Positions 51,061 through 64,000 of a stretch of 64,000 nt of DNA are shown piece by piece. The notes beneath the pieces were generated by a model, which worked only from the letters and a program-made list of their open reading frames with translations, ran no database searches and was not told where the DNA came from. Each line of letters opens with the position of its first letter. The stretch's first letter is position 1. The stretch is from the NCBI GenBank assembly GCA_964187785.1, contig OZ076409.1:37140001-37204000 (forward strand), read 5' to 3'. Position numbers and translations under genes: made by a program. This stretch comes from Amphiscolops sp. MND2022. Taxonomy: Eukaryota.

Positions 51061-51180
51061 GTCACCATGGCGCAGCTGGTAGTGCGTCTGCCTGGCAGAC
51101 ACGAGATCGTGGGTTCGAATCCGTGCTGATGCGTTTCATTTTTAGCAGAAAATATCCCGGTTCTTAGAGGGCGTCTTGTT
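51061..51180 (+). mobile_element. tRNA-derived (SINE-like) repeat
   Basis: Pol III A box TGGCGCAGCTGG and B box GGTTCGAATCC, with no intact acceptor stem. The tail ends GGGCGTCTTGTT. Confidence 0.65.
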
Positions 51181-52064
51181 GGAACCCGGGTTGAACCTCT
51201 TACTAGCATCTCAGCTGTCTTGGCAAGATCTTACCAAAATCTTACTACATCTTGGCAACCATGGAACCCATGGCAAGATTCCTGATAAGATCTTACTAAG
51301 ATTATACATTATTCCAAGGTCGTATTTTATTACGATGGACAAGATTCTAAGATTATAAAAAACACCATACCTTAGATACAAGCAGCCGAGACTCAGTCTA
51401 AAGGCTCATTTCACCCAACAACGGCTATTTCTACTAGTTTTCATAATCAAATGCTCTTAAACGTGTTGAAACACATTTGCATGCAAAACTGTGCGAAAAA
51501 TGACGATAACGTATTCTGGCTTCCGGAATTCTGACAAGAATTGTAGTAACTTCTCACCAGTTCAAGACTGAGAAATGCAAATGTACCAAATGGAAGCTCA
51601 TTTCAAGGACTTTTGAAGAACTTGTAACTTATCACTCCTGTCGATTCCCGAGACGGCGAAAAATAGTCTCAAACGTCCGAAGCCACTGTTGGAAAGTTAC
51701 ACAGGGAACACAAAGAAATCCGGATTTTTTTGTTATTGCATATCTCTGTCTTTCTTTGAGCCTATTTCAGCAGCCGTATTACTGCAAGGTTTGGATAATA
51801 ATTGAGCTCGAGGCTTTTCTGACGAAGTCTGAGTTTTCCGCAAGAGAATTTTCGGCGAGTTGTTTTCGACGAGTTTTCCTAGATTCAAAATGAACGAATG
51901 AAAAAATTTCAAACAAAAGTCGAAACACTCATCAACTCTCGGGGACCACAAAATAATCAAAGAGATCACCCTTAGGACTATGAAAGAGTTTTTCCTTACA
52001 GAAAACCTCGAAAAATGGGACAAATGATTCAAAAACTTTTTTCAACAACTTTTTCAAAAAAGCT

Positions 52065-55000
52065 CTTGAGTCGCATTGTGCCAAAAAAAAAACTAAAATG
52101 GCCTTCTATGCTCGCAAAACGCTTTCTTTTTGCAAAAAAAAAATCAAAAGGGGACACTCATGTTGAGAAAACTTCAGAAAGAAAGTCACCTAGTGCCGAA
52201 AAGACCATTTAGGCTCCACCCTAGTCGAACCTGCCGGATCGTTTTCCATGTTGCATCCATGCATGCATTCTAACTTTTTGATAAACATAGAAAATACTGA
52301 GAGCATTCATGGAGAAATTTTGTTGGCTTGCAATGCAGCTTTCACTATTTCAATTAAAACTGATAACATTTCCACTTCTTCACTGTGAGTACCTTATGTA
52401 ACCACCGTTAGTCAAATAGCACGCTAAATATGACGTTACTTTGAAACTTATAATGTGACTGAAGTTTATTGGCCTTGAAATCTCGGTACAATTATTGAGG
52501 TCACAGCTGCTTTCAAAAATAGAACGGCGTCTTTATGAAACCTGCAAAACTTCGTGTCTCGGAATTGCCGCTAAAATTAGGATGCATTTTATAGGCAGCT
52601 TGATGAATTCAAATTTATTCAGTGAAATTTTGATGCATGGAAGTCTGCTTGAGAATTTTATAAATTCATGAAAAATTACCTTGGTAACCTACAAAAACGT
52701 GTAAAAGTTCAAACAGTTCCAACCAGGGGGTATTATATATAAAGAACTGAATGCATCATTGCATTCTTATCAGATAGGTTCTCTTGAATTCTTATCAGAG
52801 AGATATTCTTTCAGAGATGTTTCACATCCACAAAACAATGATAAAGGCTGTATTCTTGACAACCATTCCGTGAATGGAAAACCATTCTTAGTAAGTGAAG
52901 ACTGTCAATGACTTGAATCATACTTTTTTTGAATGAAATCATTGTTTTTCATTTTCAAGCCTTGATTCCTGAGGGTTTTCTGAACTCATAGCACCTGCAA
53001 TGACGTTACAAAGTGATAATCAGTTTCATGTCGTTAAAAGTCGATTAGAAAATTGACTCAATGAGTAAGCTGGTTGAAACTCAAGTCTTCGGTTTTTCCC
53101 AAGTTAAATGCCACGCAAGCAATTTGCTTGAAGGGGCTGAACGAAAACAAGCTTGTGAAAATTTGCTGATCCATTAACATGAAAACCCTCCAGATCTATA
53201 ATGGTGAACTTTAAAGTAAAGAAGCAACTCCTTATACGGATGAATATGGGAAGTGCAGAAAACTATGGCGCCAAAGTTGTTAGAGAAACTTAAATTTTCA
53301 ATTAAACGCATTCAATGATCGTAATCACATAATTTGGTTCATAGATGCAATGTCTATTTTAAAGTTTTATCAATTTAAGTCGCATCGTAAAAATTTAACC
53401 TCAAATATTCGCTATCTAACTAGGTTGTGATAGTCCGGAGCAGTAATTTTCACCATAGATTTTCTTAATATATGAACTAAAAAGTTAGACTGCAAAAGTT
53501 TATTTTCTTATCCTAAATTTATAAATTTTTCATGTCTGTTCTTTCCTTATGGCAAAATTTTTGCTTTTTCCACACAATATTTCCTAATGAAAACTCAATA
53601 ATTCTCATTTGCTTTTGCGAGGATCCTAATTTCTTTCTGCAAGATCGTGCAATATGGGATTTTGGCCAATGTTTGAGAGCCACGCTAAGACTTAGACAGT
53701 GAAAGCGGCTCACTGTTGTGGTGAAAAAGTTTCCAAACAAAAAATTCAATGAGAAAAACAGAAAGTGCCCTTCTCCCGTAGGAGCTAATCAACATCAAGT
53801 TTTGATCTTTTGTCACAATCGAACTCACGAAAAATCTAGAGAAAAATCAGACCATTGGTTTGAGAATTGCATTAAAAATCAAATGTTGGATTCAGTGGTA
53901 ACAATTCGAGAATTGCAAGACATCTTCAAACAAATGCATATAAATATAGTCTTTCTAGAAACATAAAAACAAATGACAAAATACTGATCATTAAGGAACT
54001 AACCAATGAACTTTTACTCGACAACTTGTATCACGTCAAATTAATTGATTGCTGTAAAAATATTTTTAGAAACGAAAAGGAACGTTTTTAGATCTTTAGA
54101 TTACCGTTTTCAAGGATATATCAAAAGTAGGTATGTGGACCTCAGGCCCTCTATGAATAATTCAATAGCGCGAAATTATATGTAAACTTTGATAGTTTTT
54201 GTCGTAAGTGTTACTCCTGTCCATCTTGAATTCTAATGCATTTTAAGTAGAGGAATTTCGAATGAAATGAAATCGGGAAAAACTCAGAAACGTCGGTGGT
54301 TTCATGATATCTTGACAGGAGTTTCAAGAAGTATCCAATTCTGTGAACACTAGTTTTAAGAAAAGTTACAGAACCTAAAACAGCTAGAAATTGGGAAAGT
54401 TTTTGACCGAGCAAGCCGGGAACGTTCAAAGTTGGTGCCCGCTCAAGGTTCGAAAAAAAATTTAAAATTTCTAAATATGCTAACGGACACTATTGTTAAA
54501 ATATCATCAATTTTACAGTGCCGAAAAATAACCGAAGGAGGATCAAAACCATTTTTGAAAACAATTGTTTCTCACCGCAATGTTTTAAGGAAAAAATGTC
54601 CTGGTGACATAAGCGAACTTTAAGCTTGAAAAGCGCTTTTTCAAGCCAAAACATTCATGAAAGAGAAGCGGTTGCTCTTTGAACAAATGAAAAAATTCAA
54701 ACAAAAGTCGCACTGTGTCGAAAAAACCGATGTCGAAAAATGATTCGAAAACTTTTTTCCACAATTTTTTCGAAAATTTTTTTGAGTCGCATTGTGCCAA
54801 AAAACCTAAAATGGCCTTTTATGCTCGCAAAACGTTTTGCTTTTGCAAAAAAAATCAAAAGGGGGCACTCATGTTGAGAAAACATCAGAAAGAAAGTCAC
54901 TTAGTGCCGAAAAGACCATTTGGGCTCCACCCTAGTCGAACCTGCTGGACAGTTTGCATGTTGCATCCATGCATGCTTTCTAACTTTTTGATAAACATAG

Positions 55001-55425
55001 AAAATACTGAGAGCACTCATAGAGAAATTTTGTTGGCTCACAATGCAGCTTTCACTATTTCAACTAAAACTGAAAACATCTCCACTTCTTCACTGTGAGT
55101 ACCTTATGTAACCACCGTTAGTCAAATGGCACGCTAAAGATGACGTTACTTTGAAACTTATAATGTGACTGAAGTTTATTGGCATTGAAATCGCGGTAAA
55201 AAATTATTGAGGTTACAGCTGCTTTCAAAAATAGAACGTCGTCTTTATGAAACCTGCAAAACTTCGTGTCTCGGAATTGTTGCCAAAATTAGGATGCATT
55301 TTATAGGCAGCTTGATGAATTTAAATCTATTCAGTGAAATTTTGATGCATGGAAGTCTCCTTGAGAATTATATAAAATCATGAAAAATTAGCTTGGTAAC
55401 CTACAAAAACGTGTAAAAAGTTCAA
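52065..55425. repeat. Direct duplication of about 650 bp (52065-52715 and 54782-55425)
   Basis: TTGAGTCGCATTGTGCCAAAA through GGTAACCTACAAAAACGTGTAAAA occurs twice at high identity. Confidence 0.92.
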
Positions 55426-56502
55426 GCAATTTCAACAGGACACTCTCTTATTTTGCAAGTCCTAAAAATTGTTGATTTAGTGAGCGATTTGAAACTACGA
55501 ACTCCTGCTTCTCAGATCTCAGGAAATCCGGGTTATCTTCTATGCCAAGTGGCAGTTAAAAGTTACAAGTTATTAGGTGACAAGTTACTATAAATTGTAG
55601 AACTGCTCTTAGAAACTGTCAGTTCGCTGGTCTTAACAAAGCCACTGCTTTTGTCTGTTCTTTTCTCCGGAAAGCGCTAGCTAAAAACTTGTCACTGGAG
55701 GAGTTTTACCCTTTTATTCAAAAAGCGCCGATTGGAATTATAACACATAACTGTGGGTATAACCGGATGTTCATGGACACCTATGCTTATGATTTTGGTT
55801 GATCTTCGACTGAATCCAACATGGTTCAACTTAAGGTCCGGTAGTTTCGTCGATATCATATTAGCATAACGTAGACACAAAATGCAGACAACGAGAGACT
55901 TGTTGTAGGGTCCCTGTTAGCCAATGTGCCTACTTTCACAACAAAAATCGAAGCAAAACACCGAAATTTCTTTTGATAAAATGAATGACTCAGCTAATCC
56001 TTGACGTACAGCTTCAACTCTGCTACTGACTGTACCGCCATTCTACCCTTGTTATATCTTTTAGTTTTACTAAAGTGTAAAAAAGGCCTAATCACAAGTT
56101 CTACCTCAAGATTCAAAAGCAGCCCAGTGTAAATTATCATGGAACTCGTGCCAATGTTCTTGCATTTTCCAGAAACCCTTCCTACCAAGATCCTGCCAAA
56201 AGTTTCCAAAAAACACACAAAACGGGTTTTTAGTACCAATAAAACTATCACGCAAATCCAAGAATTGCCAAGAATCTTGTGAAGAAGGCCAATGAAATTT
56301 CAAGGAAAAGCGGGAAGAAGCAAGAGGTCTCCAGATCCCCGTTTACAACCTAGCCGCTGCAAGAAAACCCTTTACCAAGAAATTAGTAATGGTTAAGACG
56401 TTTTTGTTGAACTCTTTTAGACGTTATTCCTAATGCAAAAGAAACGTTTAAAGAATAGAGTCTGAATAACATTTGAATCTGAAGAAGACTGGATTAATGT
56501 CT

Positions 56503-56990
56503 AACAAGACGGGAACGTCTAAAGTCGAGGCGTTATCTAAGTCTCAAATAGCGCAGTTTAGGACGTTTTCATGAAAAACTCCAGTTTTCGAACCTCCGCC
56601 TCCTCCTTACTAAAACGCAATAAGGATCGGATATAACGTCAAAAGTTCGGATATAGCGCTTTACTCCGGATATTATCAGCGGGGACTTCAGTAAAATTGA
56701 AAAGGGGACCCTTTGGAGACAAAAAAATCGAAACCAAGTCGCAAAGTGCCGAAAAAATTGAAACAGGGACCCTTCTGTCTCGTCCGGTTCCGTGTGGTAC
56801 GGTTAGCAGGGACCCTTCTGTCTCGTCCGCTTCCGTATGGTACGGTTATAAAGTAAAAAAAAATGAAAGGGAGGACACTTTGCAATAACTTAGATTTTCC
56901 CAGATATTCGTTTAGTTGAACAAACTGAACAAAAGTTTCGTCGCATTCGAGACTGTCCTGAAGAAAAAAAAGAAAAAAAAACGAGTTACT
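56503..56990 (-). mobile_element. HINE-like family copy (5' end missing or decayed)
   Basis: AACAAGACGGGAACGTCTAAAGTCG end plus AAAGGGGACCCTTTGG and AGTGCCGAAAAA motifs. Confidence 0.6.
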
Positions 56991-58685
56991 GTCTAAATAG
57001 CCATCGGGAGTAATATCAATCTGAGAGACGGGATTATTGTGTAAAAAGGGGTTATCGTGTTCCCACCAATTTACGCTTTCCGAACTGAATTGTTGGTAAA
57101 GCTGCAACATAGTACAACTTTCAGAGAAGTTTAGTGAAGTTCAATTTCTTAATAAGAATTTTCGCAAGATTTTCCACCGTTCAAGATAATTCAAGAGTTT
57201 ATCAGGGGTTTCAAGAGATAACGTGAATTTGCAAGAAAATCCAGATATTGGCAGAAGTTTCAAGATATTGTACACTGAGAGAATACACAATTTAGTTTTT
57301 GTCATGACAAAGTTGATAGTCAAACCAAACAGGGAGCAAAAAGTAACTTGAAACTTTTCTGTACAGGGGGACGCATCAAAATTTTTACATTTCAAATCCT
57401 TTTGTTCTAATATGAGAGCGGATATAGAAGTGACTTTTTCACTGCTAACAAGTAGTTGTTATTGTTTTCACGGCAATTTGTTGTAGAATTAGGGTCTTTT
57501 CGTTGTTTGCTCAAATTTATCATCAATTCAAATTGAAATTTTCTCCAAAATTGGCTGTTACTCTAAATTGCGTTCCTGAATTTTCGGGCAAAGATTTCTC
57601 ATCATCAAACTAAATGATGATGGTCGTCAGTGGAAAAATAAGAATCCTTGAATTAGATTTTTGAGTCAAGAAATTCCAGTTTTACATTAGTTGAACTTTT
57701 TAGTTTGAAAATGAGACGCTGGTTTATTTCTTCTTACTTGGTGACTGGAAAAAATTTCAGTCATTGACGCCTTTTCACGTTGGCGATGATCAAACTTATG
57801 AAATGCTTTTGGACCAGCAACTTTTTTTCAATTTGGATAATTGAAAGTTCATTTTTTGTTGGAACACCCTGCAGTAAGATTTGTAGAATTCGAACAATTT
57901 CCATAGTGCTACACAGTAGCCAGAATATGATCAATCCTCAAAATTGACCAAAAAGTTATTGCATCAATGTAGTTCCATTTAAGTATCCCATTTAGGTATG
58001 AGCCTCTGTTCTGCTATTAAGAGCTCCGCTTAACATGTCCCAGCTAGATCGTTCTGCACGGCAACTGCCGTACCCCAGAAACAAAAAATCAATTCCTGGA
58101 ACAAATACTGACTCTATCGAATTCCCATCATTGCGGGACAACTAGTATAACAAGAAGAAGCAACAAAGTGCTGCGAAGGCGAATAATGGAGTTGGTGAAT
58201 AAACACCAAAAATGGAGATCAAAAGATACATTTTGTGTTTTTTTTTTGCTATTGTAGGCGGCAACGCCATTCAAAAAGTTTGTGTACATTACGTAGTACA
58301 GTTAGTTCATATTAGCTCACAGTTGGTTTGTTTTGTTTTAGGTTTTTTTCAAAGCGAGTTATGCTTCCTTGAACTGACTTTGTGCCATAATAGGAATTTT
58401 TAAAACAAGACGCCCGCTGAGCAGCGGGATACTTTCCGCCCTAAAATTTCGGGAACGACATACTGTTGAGGCTCGAGAGTTTTTGACTATTTCTAATAAT
58501 TTCGGTGTCATTTTGGGGCCAACCTGGTCATAACCAAAAAATCCAAAAGATTCTATGTATGCCATTGAACGAAACTAATTTTATGATAGTTGAATTCTGC
58601 GGAAGAACTTCTATCTTTTGGGTATGTTCTTGGATTATTGCAAATTTTGGAAAAAAAGCATGAGCGTGTTTCAGTTAGTTATTTT

Positions 58686-59020
58686 CCTTTACCATATGGG
58701 GATCTCTTTCACTATGCCCCCTCAGCAATAAAGGGTGAAAAAGTGAAACACTATTAAGTTAAGTGTATTGCAAATTCTAAAAGCGCAGATCTGCTCTTTT
58801 TTATTAACGCTTCTGATTGGCTGAGTGGGATTTTGATAATATGAGCCAATAAAAAGTGTCGATAGTTATGACGAGATCAATTGATTGACAGAATACCATG
58901 AGAGATTAGCCAAAAGGAGATGAATATGAATGAGCCGTAAACAATCTTTTTCTCTAGGAGGAACATAGTGTAACGAATTATATAGGGGGAGGCACAAAGA
59001 GATCCCCATATGGAAGAAGG
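58686..59020. mobile_element. MITE-like element with imperfect TIRs
   Basis: CCATATGGGGATCTCTTT near 58692 and AAAGAGATCCCCATATGG near 58996. Confidence 0.6.
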
Positions 59021-59261
59021 GGCGATAGTTGTATAAGACGCCCGCTGAGCAGCGAGATATTTTTCGAGCCAAAATGTTCTACAACTATATGAATTTGAGG
59101 CTCAAGAATAGCCAATGCACTATGAAAAAAGTTCGAAAAAAAGAAAGCTTAGGCCATTTTTAAAGACAACAACACATAATGTATTATTTCTGCAAAAGCT
59201 ACCCATTTTTCGTATTGTCGGCACTATGCGACTTATGGCGTGAAAAGAGACGTTTCGAAAA

Positions 59262-61060
59262 CCACAAATTTTAGTTTTTAAGGATTTCTGTAAAGGAAAT
59301 AATTTTCTAGAGTCTTAGGGTGACCTTGTTACTTTTGATCCTTCGGAACTAATGAGATTTCTTGATGATTGTGGAGAATGCCTCGTTTTGATTTTTGATT
59401 TTTGGGTCATTCTCAGATTTTTTTCTACGTCGGAAACTGCGAAAACGTTTTCTTTTGGAAAGTTTACTGCATATATAGTGATTTTGCTTGGAGCTTCTTG
59501 AATATTAAATCCTTCAGGAATAAGGTCGAAAAAAAAATTATGTATTCTTGTATTTTTTTTAAAATTTGATCTTAAAAACATGTCTGATATCTCTCCGAAA
59601 CACTACCGGTATCTACACCTTTTAATCCTGAGAATTCGGGTTTTCTGACTGAAGTAAAATTTTGGAAAGATTCCAAAATTGATACTTGGTTGTCGGAAAT
59701 TGAGAAAGTTCGGAAATTGTGACACCTTTGTTGTAAACTCGAACTTCATCACACTTTCTATTCCAAAATGCGTTTTGATGCCTTTTTGTTTCAACGTTCA
59801 GGTCAATGGATTTCCTATTCCACAAAATTTTTGTGGTTTGAACAAAAATTGGGACTAATTTGTCAAAAAACGAGCTTTTTTGTCGTTTGTTGGGTTTTGG
59901 GGTGTTTTTGATGCCATTTTCAAAAACATTGCAGTTATATCTTCAAAGATGCCTACTGGATACCGGGATTAGTCATTGCTGAGTTTTTTTAAACCTCTTT
60001 ATACAAGGAAGTAGCTTAAAATTGTACAAAAAAAGCGCATTAAAAAAGTTTTAAAAAAGGAAATACTCAGTTTTTGCATTATTTTGGTCATTTTGAGGAA
60101 CTTTTCTGCCAAAAATAATGCAAATAACACTTCAAAAAAACGTGCTGCGGACCTAATTTTATCCACAAGTTTTAGTTTTTAAGGATTTCTGTAAAGGAAA
60201 TAATTTTCTAGGGTCTTAGGGTGACCTTGTTACTTTTGATCCTTCGGAACTAATGAGATTTCTTGATGATTGTGGAGAATGCCTCGTTTTGATTTTTGAT
60301 TTTTGGGTCATTCTCAGATTTTTTTCTACGTCGGAAACTGCGAAAACGTTTTCTTTTGGAAAGTTTACTGCATGTATAGTGATTTTGCTTGGAGCTTCTT
60401 GAATATTAAACCTTCAGGAATAAGGTCGAAAAAAAACTATGTTTTCTTGTATTTTTTTAAAATTTGATCTTAAAAACATGTCTGATATCTCTCCGAAACA
60501 CTACCGGTATCTACACCTTTTAATCCTGAGAATTCGGGTTTTCTGATTGAAGTAAACTCTTGGAAAGATTCCAAAATTGATACTTGGTTGTCGGAAATTG
60601 AGAAAGTTCGGAAATTCTGACACCTTTGTTGTAAACTCGAACTTCATCCCACTTTCTATTCCAAAATGCGTTTTGATGCCTTTTTGTTTCAACGTTCAGG
60701 TCAATGGATTTTTTATTCCACAAAACTTTTGTGGTTTGAACAAAAATTGGGACTAATTTGTCAAAAAACGAGCTTTTTTGTCGTTTGTTGGGTTTTGGGG
60801 TGTTTTTGATGCCATTTCCAAAAACATTGCAGTTATATCTTCAAAGATGCCTACTGGATACCGGGATTAGTCATTGCTGAGTTTTTTAAAACCTCTTTAT
60901 ACAAGGAAGTAGCTTAAAATTGTACAAAAAAGCGCATTAAAAAAGTTTTAAAAAAGGAAATACTCAGTTTTTGCATTATTTTGGTCATTTTGAGGAACTT
61001 TTCTGTCAAAAATATTGCAAATAACACTTCAAAAAAACGTGCTGCGGACCTAATTTTATC
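59262..61060. repeat. Tandem duplication of about 900 bp (59262-60162 and 60163-61060)
   Basis: Near-identical copies; the ORF track repeats at an offset of 898. Confidence 0.95.
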
Positions 61061-63128
61061 ACATCAGGCTTTTCGAAGTTTTTATCTCGGAACTGTCAGA
61101 AATTGGGAAAAGTTAGGCATTTCGACTTTTTGCGGTCAATTTTGAGCATTTTCCAACGGAAGTCTGCAAAGTTTTTCTCAAGAGCATACTGGATTTTGAG
61201 TTCAATCATTATCGAACGTTTGACATCATTCTGACTCCAAAACGATTCAAAAAGTACCTAAAAGTGGCATGAAAACAAGAAGATGTTGAACTTTTTTAAT
61301 TTTTCGACTCATTTGGAGACATTTTGAAATGTTTTTGAAACAAAACGCTCTAACGTGCTCTTTAAATAATGCATAGCTTTTGTTCTTTTGTTTTGACTGT
61401 ATTAGAACTTATAACAAAAGCTCTCGGAAATTGTACAGAAATTGCATCAAAACGACAAAAACTTCAAATTTGTCGACATTTTCTGAGTCAACTGGAGGCA
61501 TTTTCTAATAAAAATTGTTATTATCTCTCAACAAAAACTTATTTAAACAACGAGTCCTTCCATTGTTTAGGGGTTTAACATTCTAGCCACGAAGTATATT
61601 GATAATTTGACAAAAACTGCATAAAACTTTCGAAAAATTCAAAATTTTGTGTTTTTTGTCATTTTTGGTACCCATTTGAGACATTTTTCATTTGGAAAAC
61701 AGCAATTATCTCTTCATAAAAGACAAATGGACAACGGATTCTTACCTTGATTACTGTTTTCAACATTCGAATCCACGAATCCTGTCGCAATTTTAACAAA
61801 AGTTGCATAAAAATTTCTAAAATGGAAGGTTTTGGACTTTTTGTCATTTTCGGTGGCAACTTGAGATATTTTTCTTATCCACGATGTCTATCGATAAATT
61901 GACAAAAATTGCATAAAAACTTTGAAAATCTGCAATTTTTTAACATTTTGTTAATTTTTGGGGTCATTTTGGGTCATTATGGGGTCCTTTGCGTCATTCC
62001 CAAAAAAAGTCCAAAAATCTCTACAAATACATATCGCACGAAGCTAATTTCATGTGAGTTGAATTTTATGGGTAACAAACTTAAAGTTGAATATAATTTT
62101 GGTGCTTGGCAAATTTTGTTAAAAAAACCGTTTGATTTAAATATTTTCCTTTCCCATATGAAATATCGGCGGAAAAAAAATAAACATGCATGTCTGACGT
62201 GTCATGTAAGATGCTACATCAGAACGCCATGCCAGGAAAAGGCTGTGATCTTAAATGAATTGCTGAGAACGAGCCATGATAGTCAACTTGGCAAATTCTG
62301 CTTTTCAGTTAGCGAGTCAAAAATCATCGCCAGAAAACGTTGCGAGCATCTACAGTAGCGCTCTAAAATATTGCAACCTCATTGCTTAATATGGCAAAAT
62401 TCAAAATCAAATCCTTCGAAAACTGTCACAAATACGAGAAATTGTCAGCTAGGAAAATTTCTTAGAATTGTATCTAGTTTACAAAAATGTTTGTTTGAAA
62501 TTTCTACGACCCATACTGAAAAGTTAGAAAATGCAAATTTCGACAAAATTTCATCAAATTTGCCCATTTCCTTGATTTTCATAAAATTAAAAAAATATTC
62601 TTGAAAACTTTTCAGCCAATCATTTGCCTCCAAATCCTCCTGTAAATCCGGATAGCGATTTGCACTAGTCCTGATTCCGCAGTATCTAGAAATGTAAAAT
62701 TGACAAAGTATCTTGAAACTCTGGCCAAAATCTTGGATTTTTCAACCAATTCCCGTTACCTCGTGAAACCCTTGATAAAATCTTGAAATATCTTGGGCTA
62801 CTGAGAAACCTTGAATTTCTCGAAAGAGTTTTTCTTAGGGTTTATATCAAGAATTCAAGAAGTCCAAAACTAATTGAGTTTCAAAAAAATTGTGAGCAAG
62901 AAAGGTCTAGCATTTCAAAAGTGGCCATTGTAATACTACTAGTTGGAGTTTTTAATATTCTGTTCTGAAAGCGTTTATTGAGCATACAAGTTCCTGTGTT
63001 GAGCATTTCGAGAACCATTGGAAAAACGCAAACATCTAACTGCCTCTAGTGGAATAATAATTAGAAATATTTTTGAAACACTGCTTTTGGCTGTCTTAAT
63101 ATCATTGTTTGTTTTTTCTTGGTTTTAG

Positions 63129-63205
63129 CCACGCCTTGGTTGCTTTTTCCCGCATCAGCAATCACAGCCATCGCTGGCAACGGTCTTATGGTCACCAACG
63201 TGCAT
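63129..63205 (+). CDS. SLC43A3: SLC43A3-like transporter, coding exon 4 (77 bp); gene continues beyond the window
   Basis: T-rich acceptor ggttttag|CC ACG CCT TGG..., read as (A)TPWLLFPASAITAIAGNGLMVTNVH|gttagt. This matches SLC43 TM4 (LLF.A......G....TN.Q), and the phase 1 junction fits exon 3. Confidence 0.85.
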
Positions 63206-63692
63206 GTTAGTTAATTTTGATTTCAAGTGAATGCGAAAAAACCCGAGGCAAACGAAAAACGTTAATTGCTTGCTTGCTTACGGGATGACATTCATTTGCA
63301 GTTTGAAAACTTTTGTACAAAATACCTTAAGGTGCTTGGAGTGATTGAGTTCAGTGAACCGCTCATTGCAGTTTAAGCATGTCAATTAATATTTTAAGGG
63401 AAAATTCAAGTTCACTATTTGATGGTTGTATTTATTTTGCAATACAATTGCTATCTTTCTACCACCGGTAGATGCCTTTAACGAAATACGAAAGATTTTT
63501 TAGATCAGCAAGTTTGTAATTTTGATTGCTCATAGTTGGTAAAAAAACATGAACCACAAAATTAGCATTACTTCAGACGTTAGACGTTATTGCCGAAACA
63601 CTTTTAGACGTTATTCCTAGTGTGCGAGCTGGTTGTGTAATTTATTGGTGGCAAAATCTGTACACTGTGGAGGAGTATTTCTTTGGGGAGCG

Positions 63693-63838
63693 ACAGATTT
63701 CGTCCCAAACAGATTTCGTCCTACGTGGAATTTTGACAGATTTCGTCCCACACAGATTTCGTCCCACACAGATTTCGTCCCACACAGATTTCGTCCCATT
63801 TTTAAACATTAAAACAGATTTCGTCCCATTTTTGACAG
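63693..63838. repeat. 16-bp repeat ACAGATTTCGTCCCAC, 7 copies, probably the subterminal array of a non-autonomous DNA transposon starting GGGGAGCG at 63685
   Basis: The repeats are seen directly; the transposon reading is inference. Confidence 0.8.
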
Positions 63839-64000
63839 ATCCCAGGTTTTCGATCTTAGCGAATCTGTGCAGATCTGCAGGATTTTTGCAGATCTTTACA
63901 GATATGTGCAGATTCCAAAAAAACTGACACCCTCAGAAACGCAAGGAAAACCCCACAGGGATGTCAAACGAATAGTTAAAAAAGTGTAAAACTGGAAAGA

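Noticed and set aside
63693..63838. CRISPR-like repeat array
   Set aside because: The units are 16 bp and mostly abut each other, with no regular unique spacers. There are no cas genes and the context is eukaryotic.

Overview
This is eukaryotic, AT-rich, repeat-dominated animal-type DNA. I see no bacterial operons, rRNA or CRISPR. One host gene is supported: an SLC43-family transporter closest to SLC43A3/ENBT1, on the + strand. Its first four coding exons (32118-32277, 38918-39140, 39665-39711, 63129-63205) splice in frame across introns of about 6.6, 0.5 and 23.4 kb, and the gene runs off the right end. The rest is mostly mobile DNA. (1) A structurally complete Ty3/gypsy element (43291-49215) has 210-bp LTRs, PBS, PPT and a CATAG target-site duplication. 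It sits inside a LINE 3' fragment, which itself lies in intron 3 of the gene. (2) An older gypsy element (about 25260-30901, minus strand). (3) A truncated BEL/Pao element. (4) A large gypsy element (about 8600-19940, minus strand) with a decayed extra ORF of about 450 codons antisense to gag-pol, and LTR-like ends that do not match each other but share a stem-enclosed 24-nt motif. (5) An abundant short repeat family with Helentron/HINE-like architecture whose 3' hairpin shows a compensatory change between copies. There are also tRNA-headed repeats, MITE-like elements, satellites, a G4-prone minisatellite, long palindromes and two local duplications. The best candidates for something undescribed are element (4) and family (5). 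All family assignments come from motif recognition by eye; no database search was run.
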